64,000 bases of DNA, taken from positions 715-64,714 of the forward strand of contig JBIKTR010000004.1 of assembly GCA_044348005.1 (NCBI GenBank), in the 5' to 3' direction. Below, piece after piece: positions 1-8,429 of this stretch (its first letter is position 1; each line of letters opens with the position of its first letter). Origin of the DNA: Vampirovibrionales bacterium. GTDB lineage: Bacteria > Cyanobacteriota > Vampirovibrionia > Vampirovibrionales > JAJTHC01. Under the pieces are notes generated by a model. The model searched no databases. It was not told where the DNA came from and was given only the letters and a program-made list of their open reading frames with translations. A program made the translations under genes and the position numbers.

Positions 1-3
1 TCC

Positions 4-651
4 ATGTACTTAACCAAACATCAGGTAAAATCGGCGAAGCACATTGCCAATGAATGGCACAAAAATAGTGAAATGGTCAGAAATTCAACCCAAGAAAGTC
101 AAACCACGCCACAAAACTGGCACCTGCAGCAAGCACCTTCAGGCGATTCTTCTGAACCAACGTTGACTTATGCGCAGTGGAAGCATTACGCCGAAGACTG
201 GAAGCATCATGCCGTTGAAGCGTTTAAGTTTAACTTTTTGATTTCAACCGCCGTGCTAGGGGTGCAAATCACAGCCTTGGTCGTCGCCTTATGGCTGGCT
301 AGGCGTGAAGAACTGGGGATAAAAAAGTATTTTGATGCCCTTGCTACGCACCTTAAAAACCCACGATCTCCGTTGCATTTCATCAACAGTTGGGAAGTCG
401 GTGTGGTGGATTGGATTAAAGCCAAAAGTGACTTGCCCAACAGCAAAGCCATTCACGAATCCTTTCAACACGAATGGCCGACCCAAGCCTTAACGTGGCT
501 TACAGGACGATTTAGCATATTGAATGTCGCTCGATTGTCGATGCTTTCCATATTGATGGCCAAACTATGGGCAGACAAAAACACCACCCATATTAAAGAT
601 CTCGAAACCGATGTGAGCCACAGCCAACGCCAAAAACCCAAAACAATCTAA
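4..651 (+). CDS. hypothetical membrane protein; frame is open to the window edge, so it may be 5'-partial
   Basis: ORF track 4..651 with no stop between nt 1 and the first ATG. One strong hydrophobic helix (FLISTAVLGVQITALVVALWLA). No motif recognised. Lies directly upstream of flgB. Confidence 0.35.
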   Translation: MYLTKHQVKSAKHIANEWHKNSEMVRNSTQESQTTPQNWHLQQAPSGDSSEPTLTYAQWKHYAEDWKHHAVEAFKFNFLISTAVLGVQITALVVALWLARREELGIKKYFDALATHLKNPRSPLHFINSWEVGVVDWIKAKSDLPNSKAIHESFQHEWPTQALTWLTGRFSILNVARLSMLSILMAKLWADKNTTHIKDLETDVSHSQRQKPKTI

Positions 652-756
652 AAACTAGCCCAAAGGTGAATGAAGACGGCTGGGGAACTTGTCATACTAA
701 AAAAGCACCTGCTTTTAACTAACATGATTTTGAGACACAGAGAGAGACCACACCCG

Positions 757-1254
757 ATGGATTTATTTCGTTCCCTGACGGGGGATGTTATTGCAAAAAG
801 CTTAGACGGTCACTTGGCTCGGCAAAAAGCGATTGTCTCTAACATTTCAAATGCCGACACACCCAACTTTCGCCATCGCGAAGTTGACTTTCAAAGCGAT
901 TTACGCCACGCCATTGCGTCAGCCAAAGCAAGCAACGCCGTCTTTGAACCTTCGGCAAGCAATCAAACGCCTTTGGCCATGCAAGGCAGTAATCCCTTGC
1001 ATTTTAACTACAACGCCCACGACTCGCTTCAACAGCACTTGGCGCAAAATGCGTACCACGGTGCCGAAAAAATAGTGGCGGCTGGTATTACGCCCACCCA
1101 AAACGAAACCTTTAAGTACCGTAATGACGGCAACGGCGTGGATTTAGAACGAGAAATGGTGGCTTTAACCAAAAACGCCAGTATGTTTCAAGCGTTGATT
1201 ACCTTTCAAAGCAGGCAAAATCAACAGATTAAAGGCGTGCTTGCTGAACAATAA
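757..1254 (+). CDS. flgB: flagellar basal-body rod protein FlgB
   Basis: ORF 670..1254 carries the rod-protein N-terminal signature ARQKAIVSNISNADTPNFRHREVDF. The ATG at 757 (MDLFRSL) follows a purine-rich agagagaga and gives a FlgB-like N-terminus. Followed by flgC-fliE-fliF. Confidence 0.8.
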   Translation: MDLFRSLTGDVIAKSLDGHLARQKAIVSNISNADTPNFRHREVDFQSDLRHAIASAKASNAVFEPSASNQTPLAMQGSNPLHFNYNAHDSLQQHLAQNAYHGAEKIVAAGITPTQNETFKYRNDGNGVDLEREMVALTKNASMFQALITFQSRQNQQIKGVLAEQ

Positions 1255-1320
1255 GCGTCTACAAGAAGTGCCTAACTCGCCCAAACAACCCCACTAAAAA
1301 CTAAAAAAGGTGAACACGCT

Positions 1321-1815
1321 ATGATGATGGACATTTACGACATTACCGCATCTTCCATGACGGCCCAACGCTTACGGATGGATACTATTGCCGCGAACCT
1401 GGCCAATGTCAACACCACGCGCCGTTCGGATGGAAAAATTGGGGCGTATCAGCGAAAGAATGTGGTATTTGCCCCCATGTTGCAATCGTCGAAAGATGCC
1501 AGTGCCACGGCGTCTATGGGGAAAGAAAGCATCGCCCTTTCCAATGGCTCTACTCCTCGAAGTTCAAGAACGTCAGAAGGAAGTCAAGGGCTCGGTGTAC
1601 AAGTCTTACAAATTTCTACAGACACCACCACCCCCATGCGCATGGTGTACGACCCCACCCACCCTGATGCCAACCAAGACGGCTTTGTGGAATACCCCAA
1701 TGTCAATGCCGTCACCGAAATGGTGGATATGATTTCAGCTAGTAAAGCCTATGAAGCGTCCGTTTCCGCCTTTAAATCCACCAAATCCATGAATGAAGCC
1801 ACCCTTCAAATGTAG
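1321..1815 (+). CDS. flgC: flagellar basal-body rod protein FlgC
   Basis: N-terminus MDIYDITASSMTAQRLRMDTIAANLANVNTTR and C-terminus VEYPNVNAVTEMVDMISASKAYEASVSAFK are both typical of FlgC. Confidence 0.9.
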   Translation: MMMDIYDITASSMTAQRLRMDTIAANLANVNTTRRSDGKIGAYQRKNVVFAPMLQSSKDASATASMGKESIALSNGSTPRSSRTSEGSQGLGVQVLQISTDTTTPMRMVYDPTHPDANQDGFVEYPNVNAVTEMVDMISASKAYEASVSAFKSTKSMNEATLQM

Positions 1816-1944
1816 ACATTGGCAAGGGTATGGCGTCCCTTATTTAAACGATTTTAACGCCAAAATCCGTGATTTTCCCCCTAAAGAGGCCTAAAAAAAT
1901 TAGAATAGAACACACACGCCCTAACCTTACATGGAATACCACAC

Positions 1945-2370
1945 ATGATTCAGTCCGTTTCCGCCCATTTAGACCCCTACGCCTTAGGTGATCTTTCCGC
2001 AGAGTTTAATAACGCCAATCAAGCGTTTCAGGCCCACTACCGCACGGGTATTTCAAAAACCAGCGAAGACGTCAAAGCCGAAGCCAGCCTTTCTTCTACA
2101 GAAGTAACGAATCAAAACATCCTTTCTAGTGGCGCCGTTAGTGGCACGGTGGGAAGCTTTGGCACCCTGCTTAAAAATGAAATGACCCGCGTGAATCAAA
2201 CCCAACTGGAGGCCAATCATAACATTCAAGACTACGCCAGTGGTGGAGAAATCCCTTTGCATCAAGTCATGATGTCCGTCAACAAAGCGGAAATGTCCCT
2301 AAAGCTCGCCACCCAAGTGCGGAATAAAATCGTTAGTGCGTATCAGGACATTGCCCGCATGCAGATTTGA
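1945..2370 (+). CDS. fliE: flagellar hook-basal body complex protein FliE
   Basis: C-terminus HQVMMSVNKAEMSLKLATQVRNKIVSAYQDIARMQI matches the conserved FliE C-terminus. Lies between flgC and fliF. Confidence 0.8.
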   Translation: MIQSVSAHLDPYALGDLSAEFNNANQAFQAHYRTGISKTSEDVKAEASLSSTEVTNQNILSSGAVSGTVGSFGTLLKNEMTRVNQTQLEANHNIQDYASGGEIPLHQVMMSVNKAEMSLKLATQVRNKIVSAYQDIARMQI

Positions 2371-2496
2371 AGTCTTTGTGCGCTGAAAGGACAGTAGAGG
2401 GCTTAAAATAGCCAACTTAAATAGCTAGGCTTAACTACCTGCTTCAACTTCTTCGTATTGCCTTAAAAAACGCTTGTACAGAAAGATTCTACACCT

Positions 2497-4188
2497 GTGA
2501 ATGATCAATTTAAATCCATTTTAGAAAAACTAAAAACCCTGAGTCTGGTTCAAAAAGTGACCTTAGGCACCCTTCTTTTGGGCATGGGGATGGCTGGATT
2601 TTTTCTGTTTAATCGTGCCAATGATCAGTATGATGTATTGTATTCCAATCTTTCTTTGCCAGATGCTGCCGCCACCGTCAACAAACTAAAAGAAGTGAAA
2701 GTCCCCTATCGCTTGGCCGACGGCGGAACCACTGTGTTGGTTCCAAAAGATCAAAAAAGCGAAATGATGCTTGAAACCGCTGATGAACTCACCAGTAGCC
2801 AAGGCGTCAGTTTGGCTAAAATCCCACCTGTGCTTCAAGGCGATGTACAAAAAGAATGGCTCAAAAAGTTTAATTCCGACGAAATTTCAACCACATTGCA
2901 ATCCATTCAAGGCATTCGAGATGCCAAAGTCATGATTTCCACCCCTGAAGAAAGCGTCTTTACTGAAAAAGAAGACCCCATTCGCGCCAGTGTCATGCTG
3001 GTGGTGGAACCCGGTTTTCGTTTAGAACAAAAGCAAGTCACCACGATTAAAAATTTGGTGTCTCACGCGGTACCCGGTTTAACCCCAGAACAAGTCGTAA
3101 TTTCAGACAATTACGGCAATTCTCTCGACGATTCCCCCACCGCAAACGGCACCATGCAAACCCGTGAAACCCGCAAAAGTCAGATGGAAAATGCCTTGCA
3201 AAAGAAGTTGACCGACTTAATTGAACCCATTGTGGGCGAAGGCAATGCGGTGCTTTCTGTTTCCATGGATTTAAACTTTGACCAAGCCCGCGCCAACATT
3301 AAAACCATTAAGCCCGAAGTGATTAAGGATGACAAAGCCACTGGGGTGATTGTGTCCCAACAAAGTGAATCTGAAGAATATGAAGGGGCTAAAAAAGACG
3401 AACAAGGCACACCGGGTTCTGAAAGCAATACCGCCCCTAGCTATAAAAGTAAAGAAGACAAAGACAAGAGCGACAAACGTTACACCAATAAGAAAGAAAC
3501 CACCAATTACGCCCATTCTGAAGAAACCAAAGAAGTGGTTTACGCCAGTGGCGAAGTGCAACGCATTACCATTGCAGTAGCCATGAATAAAGTGTTGACG
3601 GAAGCCGAAAGTACAGAAATTAAAGAAATGCTGGCCAATGCCGCGGGTTTAAACCTAGAACGGGGCGACAGTGTAGATGTAAAAGGCTTTAAGTTTAGTG
3701 AATCGCCCAACAAAAAAAACGAGCTGATGACTCAAGCGTTTAAGGACGCTCAACGCAACGATCTGTTGCTTCAGCTGGGTTACATTGCCACACTGCTTAC
3801 CTTAGGCATTATGGCGTTAATGATTTTGAAAAATGCCTTTGAAAAAAACATGCCTGTTTCAACGGCGCAATTGATTTTAGATGATGAAGGCCAAGCCATT
3901 CCTGAAGTCGTGTATAGCGCAAAAGGTGAAGAAATTCGGGTGGAAGATCTCGCTGTTGACGAAAAAACAGGTAAAGTCCTATTGCCTGAAGGCCCGATTT
4001 ATAACGCCGAAGGGAAAATGATTTTCCTCAATGGCATAACGAAAGAAGAACTGAACCTGCCAAAATCTAAGTACACCAATGCCCCTGAAATTGAATACAT
4101 GCGTCAAAACATCTATGGCTTTATTCAAAAAGACGCACCTTTGGCCGCGAAAATCTTGGTGGCTTATATGGGGCATGACCAAGAATAA
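2497..4188 (+). CDS. fliF: flagellar M-ring protein FliF
   Basis: 563 aa with an N-terminal TM helix (VTLGTLLLGMGMAGFFLF). This is followed by YDVLYSNLSLPDAAATVNKLKEVKVPYRLADGGTTVLVP (FliF/YscJ ring motif) and a second TM helix near the C-terminus. GTG start. Confidence 0.85.
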   Translation: MNDQFKSILEKLKTLSLVQKVTLGTLLLGMGMAGFFLFNRANDQYDVLYSNLSLPDAAATVNKLKEVKVPYRLADGGTTVLVPKDQKSEMMLETADELTSSQGVSLAKIPPVLQGDVQKEWLKKFNSDEISTTLQSIQGIRDAKVMISTPEESVFTEKEDPIRASVMLVVEPGFRLEQKQVTTIKNLVSHAVPGLTPEQVVISDNYGNSLDDSPTANGTMQTRETRKSQMENALQKKLTDLIEPIVGEGNAVLSVSMDLNFDQARANIKTIKPEVIKDDKATGVIVSQQSESEEYEGAKKDEQGTPGSESNTAPSYKSKEDKDKSDKRYTNKKETTNYAHSEETKEVVYASGEVQRITIAVAMNKVLTEAESTEIKEMLANAAGLNLERGDSVDVKGFKFSESPNKKNELMTQAFKDAQRNDLLLQLGYIATLLTLGIMALMILKNAFEKNMPVSTAQLILDDEGQAIPEVVYSAKGEEIRVEDLAVDEKTGKVLLPEGPIYNAEGKMIFLNGITKEELNLPKSKYTNAPEIEYMRQNIYGFIQKDAPLAAKILVAYMGHDQE

Positions 4189-4274
4189 CAGGGGACTTAA
4201 GGGGTTTTACACCCTTGGTAGAGCTTTTGATAAAGTCACCAAACACCTTAACAACGGTGAAGCAAATTTAAAAA

Positions 4275-4348
4275 TGTGCCTGATGCGACTCGAACGCATG
4301 ACCTTCGGCTTCGGAGGCCGACACTCTATCCAACTGAGCTACAGGCAC
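4275..4348 (-). tRNA. tRNA-Arg, anticodon CCG
   Basis: The reverse complement folds by hand into a cloverleaf: acceptor GTGCCTG/CAGGCAC, D arm GCTC-AGTTGGATA-GAGT, anticodon arm TCGGC-CTCCGAA-GCCGA and T arm ATGCG-TTCGAGT-CGCAT. Discriminator is A; no encoded CCA. Confidence 0.85.
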
Positions 4349-4485
4349 AGATTGTGTGTTTCTTCTGTTGTGTATACAATAAGTCTGTAGCAGTTAAGCC
4401 TATAGACTTACTTGTGTACGATATAATTTTACTTTTATAAGTTTACACCAGACACCACAAATTAAAAGACTTTATTGGATGTTTT

Positions 4486-5679
4486 ATGCAAATCAAGCCC
4501 TCTCGTCAGCTGGTTACCCAACCCCACCGTAATGCGTGGCTAGAAATCAATCTGGCGGCGTTGGAACAAAACATTCGCTGGTGGCGAAAAAACACGCCTT
4601 CGCACCAAGCCTTAATGGCCGTGGTAAAAGCGGACGCTTACGGTCACGGGGCCTTAATCGTTACCCCAATTTTAAAGGCCTGTGGCGTCACTTACCTGGG
4701 TGTTTCCAATGTGGATGAAGCCTTGCAACTGCGTCAAGGCGGGGTGGAAATGCCGATTTTGGTGCTAGGGGCAACGCCTGAATGGGCCTGGAACCTCGCC
4801 AGCCTTAACGATATTGAACTCACCGTGTTTAGCCAACGAGATGTAGACTGCCTGGCACAAGTCCAGCACCCCACTGTTGTGCATCTAAAAGTCGACACAG
4901 GCATGCACCGCTTGGGCGCACGCCCTAAAATGGCCTTAAGCCTACTTCAACAACTACGTGCCATGCCCCATGTAAGGGTAGAAGGCCTGTTTACCCACTT
5001 GTGGAAAGGGGAAGACCAAGACGCCACCCTGACGCAATGGCAGATGTTTGACACACAAGTGCTTGAACACTTAGAAACGCGTCCGCCCTTGATTCACTTG
5101 GCCAATACGCCAGCGACGCTTACGTTACGGAACGCCCCCCACCCTTTGGCTCAAGAATTACAACAGACCTGTAATATGTTGCGTTTGGGCATTGGATTGT
5201 GGGGCTATGAAACCACTGAAGCGGAGCTGTTGCCGGTAATGGGGCTAAAAGCACGCATTAGCCACTTGCAAACGCTTGAAGCAGGCGAAGGCGTGAGCTA
5301 CGGCCATCGTTTTCACACCAGTGAAGACGCTTCCGTCATTGCCACCATCCCCTTGGGCTATGCGGATGGCATTCCCCGTTGCTTGTCAAACCAACTGCAG
5401 GGGCGGTACATGGGGCATTTGGTGCCACAAGTGGGTCACATTACCATGGATCAAATGATGTTTGATTTCACGCACGTGGTGAAGTCGGGGGTCTTGAAGC
5501 GTGCGCCTAAGGTGGGAGACGTCATTACGCTGCTTGAACATGGTCAGGCGGGGCAACGTGAAAGGGATTCGACCCTACACGGATTAAGCCTCAATCACTG
5601 GGCCACCCTCACGGGGAGCATTCCCTATGAATTGATGTGTGGGTTAAGGGTGCGTTTACCACGAAGTGTTGTGCGCTAA
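4486..5679 (+). CDS. alr: alanine racemase
   Basis: PLP-lysine motif AVVKADAYGHGA near the N-terminus. Length of 397 aa and the C-terminal SIPYELMCGL are typical of Alr. Confidence 0.9.
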   Translation: MQIKPSRQLVTQPHRNAWLEINLAALEQNIRWWRKNTPSHQALMAVVKADAYGHGALIVTPILKACGVTYLGVSNVDEALQLRQGGVEMPILVLGATPEWAWNLASLNDIELTVFSQRDVDCLAQVQHPTVVHLKVDTGMHRLGARPKMALSLLQQLRAMPHVRVEGLFTHLWKGEDQDATLTQWQMFDTQVLEHLETRPPLIHLANTPATLTLRNAPHPLAQELQQTCNMLRLGIGLWGYETTEAELLPVMGLKARISHLQTLEAGEGVSYGHRFHTSEDASVIATIPLGYADGIPRCLSNQLQGRYMGHLVPQVGHITMDQMMFDFTHVVKSGVLKRAPKVGDVITLLEHGQAGQRERDSTLHGLSLNHWATLTGSIPYELMCGLRVRLPRSVVR

Positions 5680-5867
5680 TACGCGATTCTCACAGATTCA
5701 ATGGCGAAAAAAAGGACGTAAAAGTACACCTTTAGGTGATGTTAGGCCTGGGTTTAAGTGCGACATAATAGAGTGGTAATACTAACACTGCCCCCTTGAA
5801 CGATACATTCCCCAACGGCATCCTCGTTCAAGACGATTGAGAGACAAAAAGAGAGAGAACACCCTAG

Positions 5868-6464
5868 ATGATGACCCCTTCGCTCAGTGGCGTTGAACAA
5901 CGGATGCGCACCATTGAAAGCAAGCTTGGCATTGCAAGCGATGAACTCCAACCAACGCCCACCACCCCTAGCGAATTCTCCCCCCCATCAGGAGAAACGA
6001 CCTCTTTTTCAAGCGTTTTGGGGGATGTAATGAATGACGATAAGCCCACCCCCGCCATTTCCGCAGGCATGAATGCCCTAAAAGGCCTACACCTTGAACC
6101 CATTGTGGAACAATATGCGCATAAATCAGGCGTGGCGTCTTCCTTAATTAAAGCCGTTATTAAAGCCGAAAGTGGGGGCAATCCTCACGCGGTTTCTTCC
6201 GCAGGGGCCAAAGGCTTAATGCAACTCATGCCCGCCACCGCCAGAAGCTTAGGCGTTCATAATCCCCTAAACCCCGCTGAAAATGTGGAAGGCGGCAGCA
6301 AATACCTGGGCCAACTGCTCAAGAAGTATCGTGGGAATAAGGAACTGGCGTTGGCGGCGTATAACGCGGGTTCAGGCGCGGTGGCCAAATACGGAGGCAT
6401 CCCCCCCTACAAAGAAACCCAAAACTACGTCAAAAAAGTTTTGAAATACGAAGCGGATCTATAA
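5868..6464 (+). CDS. SLT-domain lytic transglycosylase, possibly flagellum-associated
   Basis: SLT catalytic region AVIKAESGGNPHAVSSAGAKGLMQLMPATA followed by AAYNAGSGAVAKYGG. Located immediately upstream of flgG. Confidence 0.8.
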   Translation: MMTPSLSGVEQRMRTIESKLGIASDELQPTPTTPSEFSPPSGETTSFSSVLGDVMNDDKPTPAISAGMNALKGLHLEPIVEQYAHKSGVASSLIKAVIKAESGGNPHAVSSAGAKGLMQLMPATARSLGVHNPLNPAENVEGGSKYLGQLLKKYRGNKELALAAYNAGSGAVAKYGGIPPYKETQNYVKKVLKYEADL

Positions 6465-6485
6465 TAGAAAAAGGACCCCCTCACT

Positions 6486-7238
6486 ATGCTCAGAGGCATC
6501 TACACCGCGGCATCCGGCATGCTCAACACCCAACTGGCCGTCGACACCCTCGCCAACAACGTGGCAAACGTCAATACCACGGGCTTTAAGGCGCGTTACG
6601 TGCAGTACCAATCCTACCCTGAAATTCAAATGTCTCGGCTGGATGATGCTGGCCCCCAAGTCATCGGCAGCCTGACCAATGGCGTAGAAATCATCGGCAC
6701 GCCTTTGCACTTTTCACAAGGGCATTTGCAACCCACGGGCAACGCCCTAGATGTTGGCGTGGACGGCGATGGCTTTATGGCGGTGAAGTTACCCAACGGT
6801 GAAACGGGCTATACACGAAACGGCAGTTTGAAGATGAATCAACAGCGGGAATTGACGTCTGAAGGGCAGTACCCTGTGCTGGATTCAGGGGGCAACGCCA
6901 TTACGGTTCCTGAAGGGGCGGGTAAAATCGTGATTACGGAAGACGGCACGATTAGCACAGAAGCGGGGCAAGCCTTTGGCAAATTGCACATGGTTCGCTT
7001 TAGCAACCCCAAGGGCTTGCATCAATTAGGCGATTCCATTTTTAAGGGAGAAAACCCGCAAGACGTTCAAGCTGGCAAAGGCAGTAGCTTTAAGCAAGGC
7101 TATGTGGAACGTTCTAATACCAACATTGTGCATGAAATGATTCAAAGTATTACGGGCATGCGTTTGTATGAAAGCTTGCAACGCACCATCAGCACGCAGA
7201 AAGAAACGCTCGATAAAGCCGTGAATGAGTTTAGATAA
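6486..7238 (+). CDS. flgG: flagellar basal-body rod protein, FlgG/FlgF type
   Basis: N-terminus MLRGIYTAASGMLNTQLAVDTLANNVANVNTTGFK and C-terminus GYVERSNTNIVHEMIQSITGMRLYESLQ. 250 aa. Confidence 0.8.
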   Translation: MLRGIYTAASGMLNTQLAVDTLANNVANVNTTGFKARYVQYQSYPEIQMSRLDDAGPQVIGSLTNGVEIIGTPLHFSQGHLQPTGNALDVGVDGDGFMAVKLPNGETGYTRNGSLKMNQQRELTSEGQYPVLDSGGNAITVPEGAGKIVITEDGTISTEAGQAFGKLHMVRFSNPKGLHQLGDSIFKGENPQDVQAGKGSSFKQGYVERSNTNIVHEMIQSITGMRLYESLQRTISTQKETLDKAVNEFR

Positions 7239-7242
7239 GCGT

Positions 7243-8238
7243 TTATTTGTCTTTAAATTTGGGATCCCGTTGAACTGCTGCGAGATTCAAATCGGTATAA
7301 GAACTCTGTTCAGGGGTATCATCTTTTTTTAGAGTACCTAATTTCTTTAAATAAGCCGTTGCTTCATCGACCGTCATACCTTGTTCAATCAATTCTGCAT
7401 ACATGGCCGCTACAACAGGCGCTGTGAAAGAGGTACCTGTAGTTTTGTAATTTCCTGTAACTTTCTTTTTCTTGTCGTCCCATCTTACATTAAAACGCCC
7501 TTCAATACTAGGAGGCACCTGAGTGGTAAAAGCGACTTCTGGCCCTCGAGAGCTATAATAGGTGAGTGGGCCGTCAGGGTTACTGGCGCCTACCGTAATC
7601 GTTCCTAAGTCAGCATAAGCACTTTGTCCTTCATCTGATTCAAACTGTACGTCAGGATGTTCGTTCTTAAACGCTTCAATATCATCATTATAATTACCCG
7701 AAGCAACAATCACAGGGATGTTGAGTTTTTTTAAGGTTGTTACGGCTTGTCTTGCTGTTTCTTTAGCTTCAGCAATTTTAGCACTGCCGTCAACCGTCTT
7801 GTCAATATAGCTTTCTAATTCTGGTAATTTCCATTGAGGATCTTTTTGAGTCGAATCAAATAATTGGTTTCGTTCTTCAGGCGTGGCTAGTTTGAAATAA
7901 TCTTCAGGCTTTTCTTGAAAAATTTTTAAAAGTAAAAATTCAGAAAAACCAAAAGAGCAATTCACGGCATTTGGTTTGTTCTTGGAACGTGCAATCGCGT
8001 TTAAATTATTAGCAAACCTCGTGAAGCCCTTACTAAAACTTGCTTCAATTTCACTTTTAACGCTATTGGTCTTGACATTCGGAATTGTACTGCGTTGTTT
8101 AAACGTAAAGGCTACGGGATTACTTGGATTTAAACGTTGAGCGGAACGCGCGACCTTATGGGCATGAGGACTTTTCCCAACTGGTTCGTTAATTCCTTCT
8201 AACACCATGACGGTGGGTTTGTTTGAAACAGAAGTCAT
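7243..8238 (-). CDS. subtilisin-like (S8-type) serine peptidase homologue with an atypical Asp-box
   Basis: GTSFTAPVVAAMYAEL (Ser box), VIVASGNYN (Asn box) and SPHAHKVA (His-box-like) are present. The position of the DTG box reads VMVLEGI. The ORF track starts at a TTG (8268); the first ATG is at 8238. No signal peptide is visible. Confidence 0.55.
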   Translation of the reverse strand: MTSVSNKPTVMVLEGINEPVGKSPHAHKVARSAQRLNPSNPVAFTFKQRSTIPNVKTNSVKSEIEASFSKGFTRFANNLNAIARSKNKPNAVNCSFGFSEFLLLKIFQEKPEDYFKLATPEERNQLFDSTQKDPQWKLPELESYIDKTVDGSAKIAEAKETARQAVTTLKKLNIPVIVASGNYNDDIEAFKNEHPDVQFESDEGQSAYADLGTITVGASNPDGPLTYYSSRGPEVAFTTQVPPSIEGRFNVRWDDKKKKVTGNYKTTGTSFTAPVVAAMYAELIEQGMTVDEATAYLKKLGTLKKDDTPEQSSYTDLNLAAVQRDPKFKDK

Positions 8239-8429
8239 AAAAAGGGCAACCTGTGTGTTGTATAACAAATAATATACTTATATAAACAAACTACCTTCTT
8301 TCGTATTGACAGCATTGTCATAAAAAGTTACAACTCCAGGCCTTTCAAAGGGTGATTGTGAAACATCCCGCTATGTTTGCACTACAATAAACAGTGCAAA
8401 CACTTAACCCGCGTGAAAGAAAAACGCCG

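Noticed and set aside
4079-4390. 103-aa + strand ORF
   Set aside because: It overlaps the end of fliF and the whole tRNA-Arg gene on the opposite strand, so it is a spurious read-through frame.
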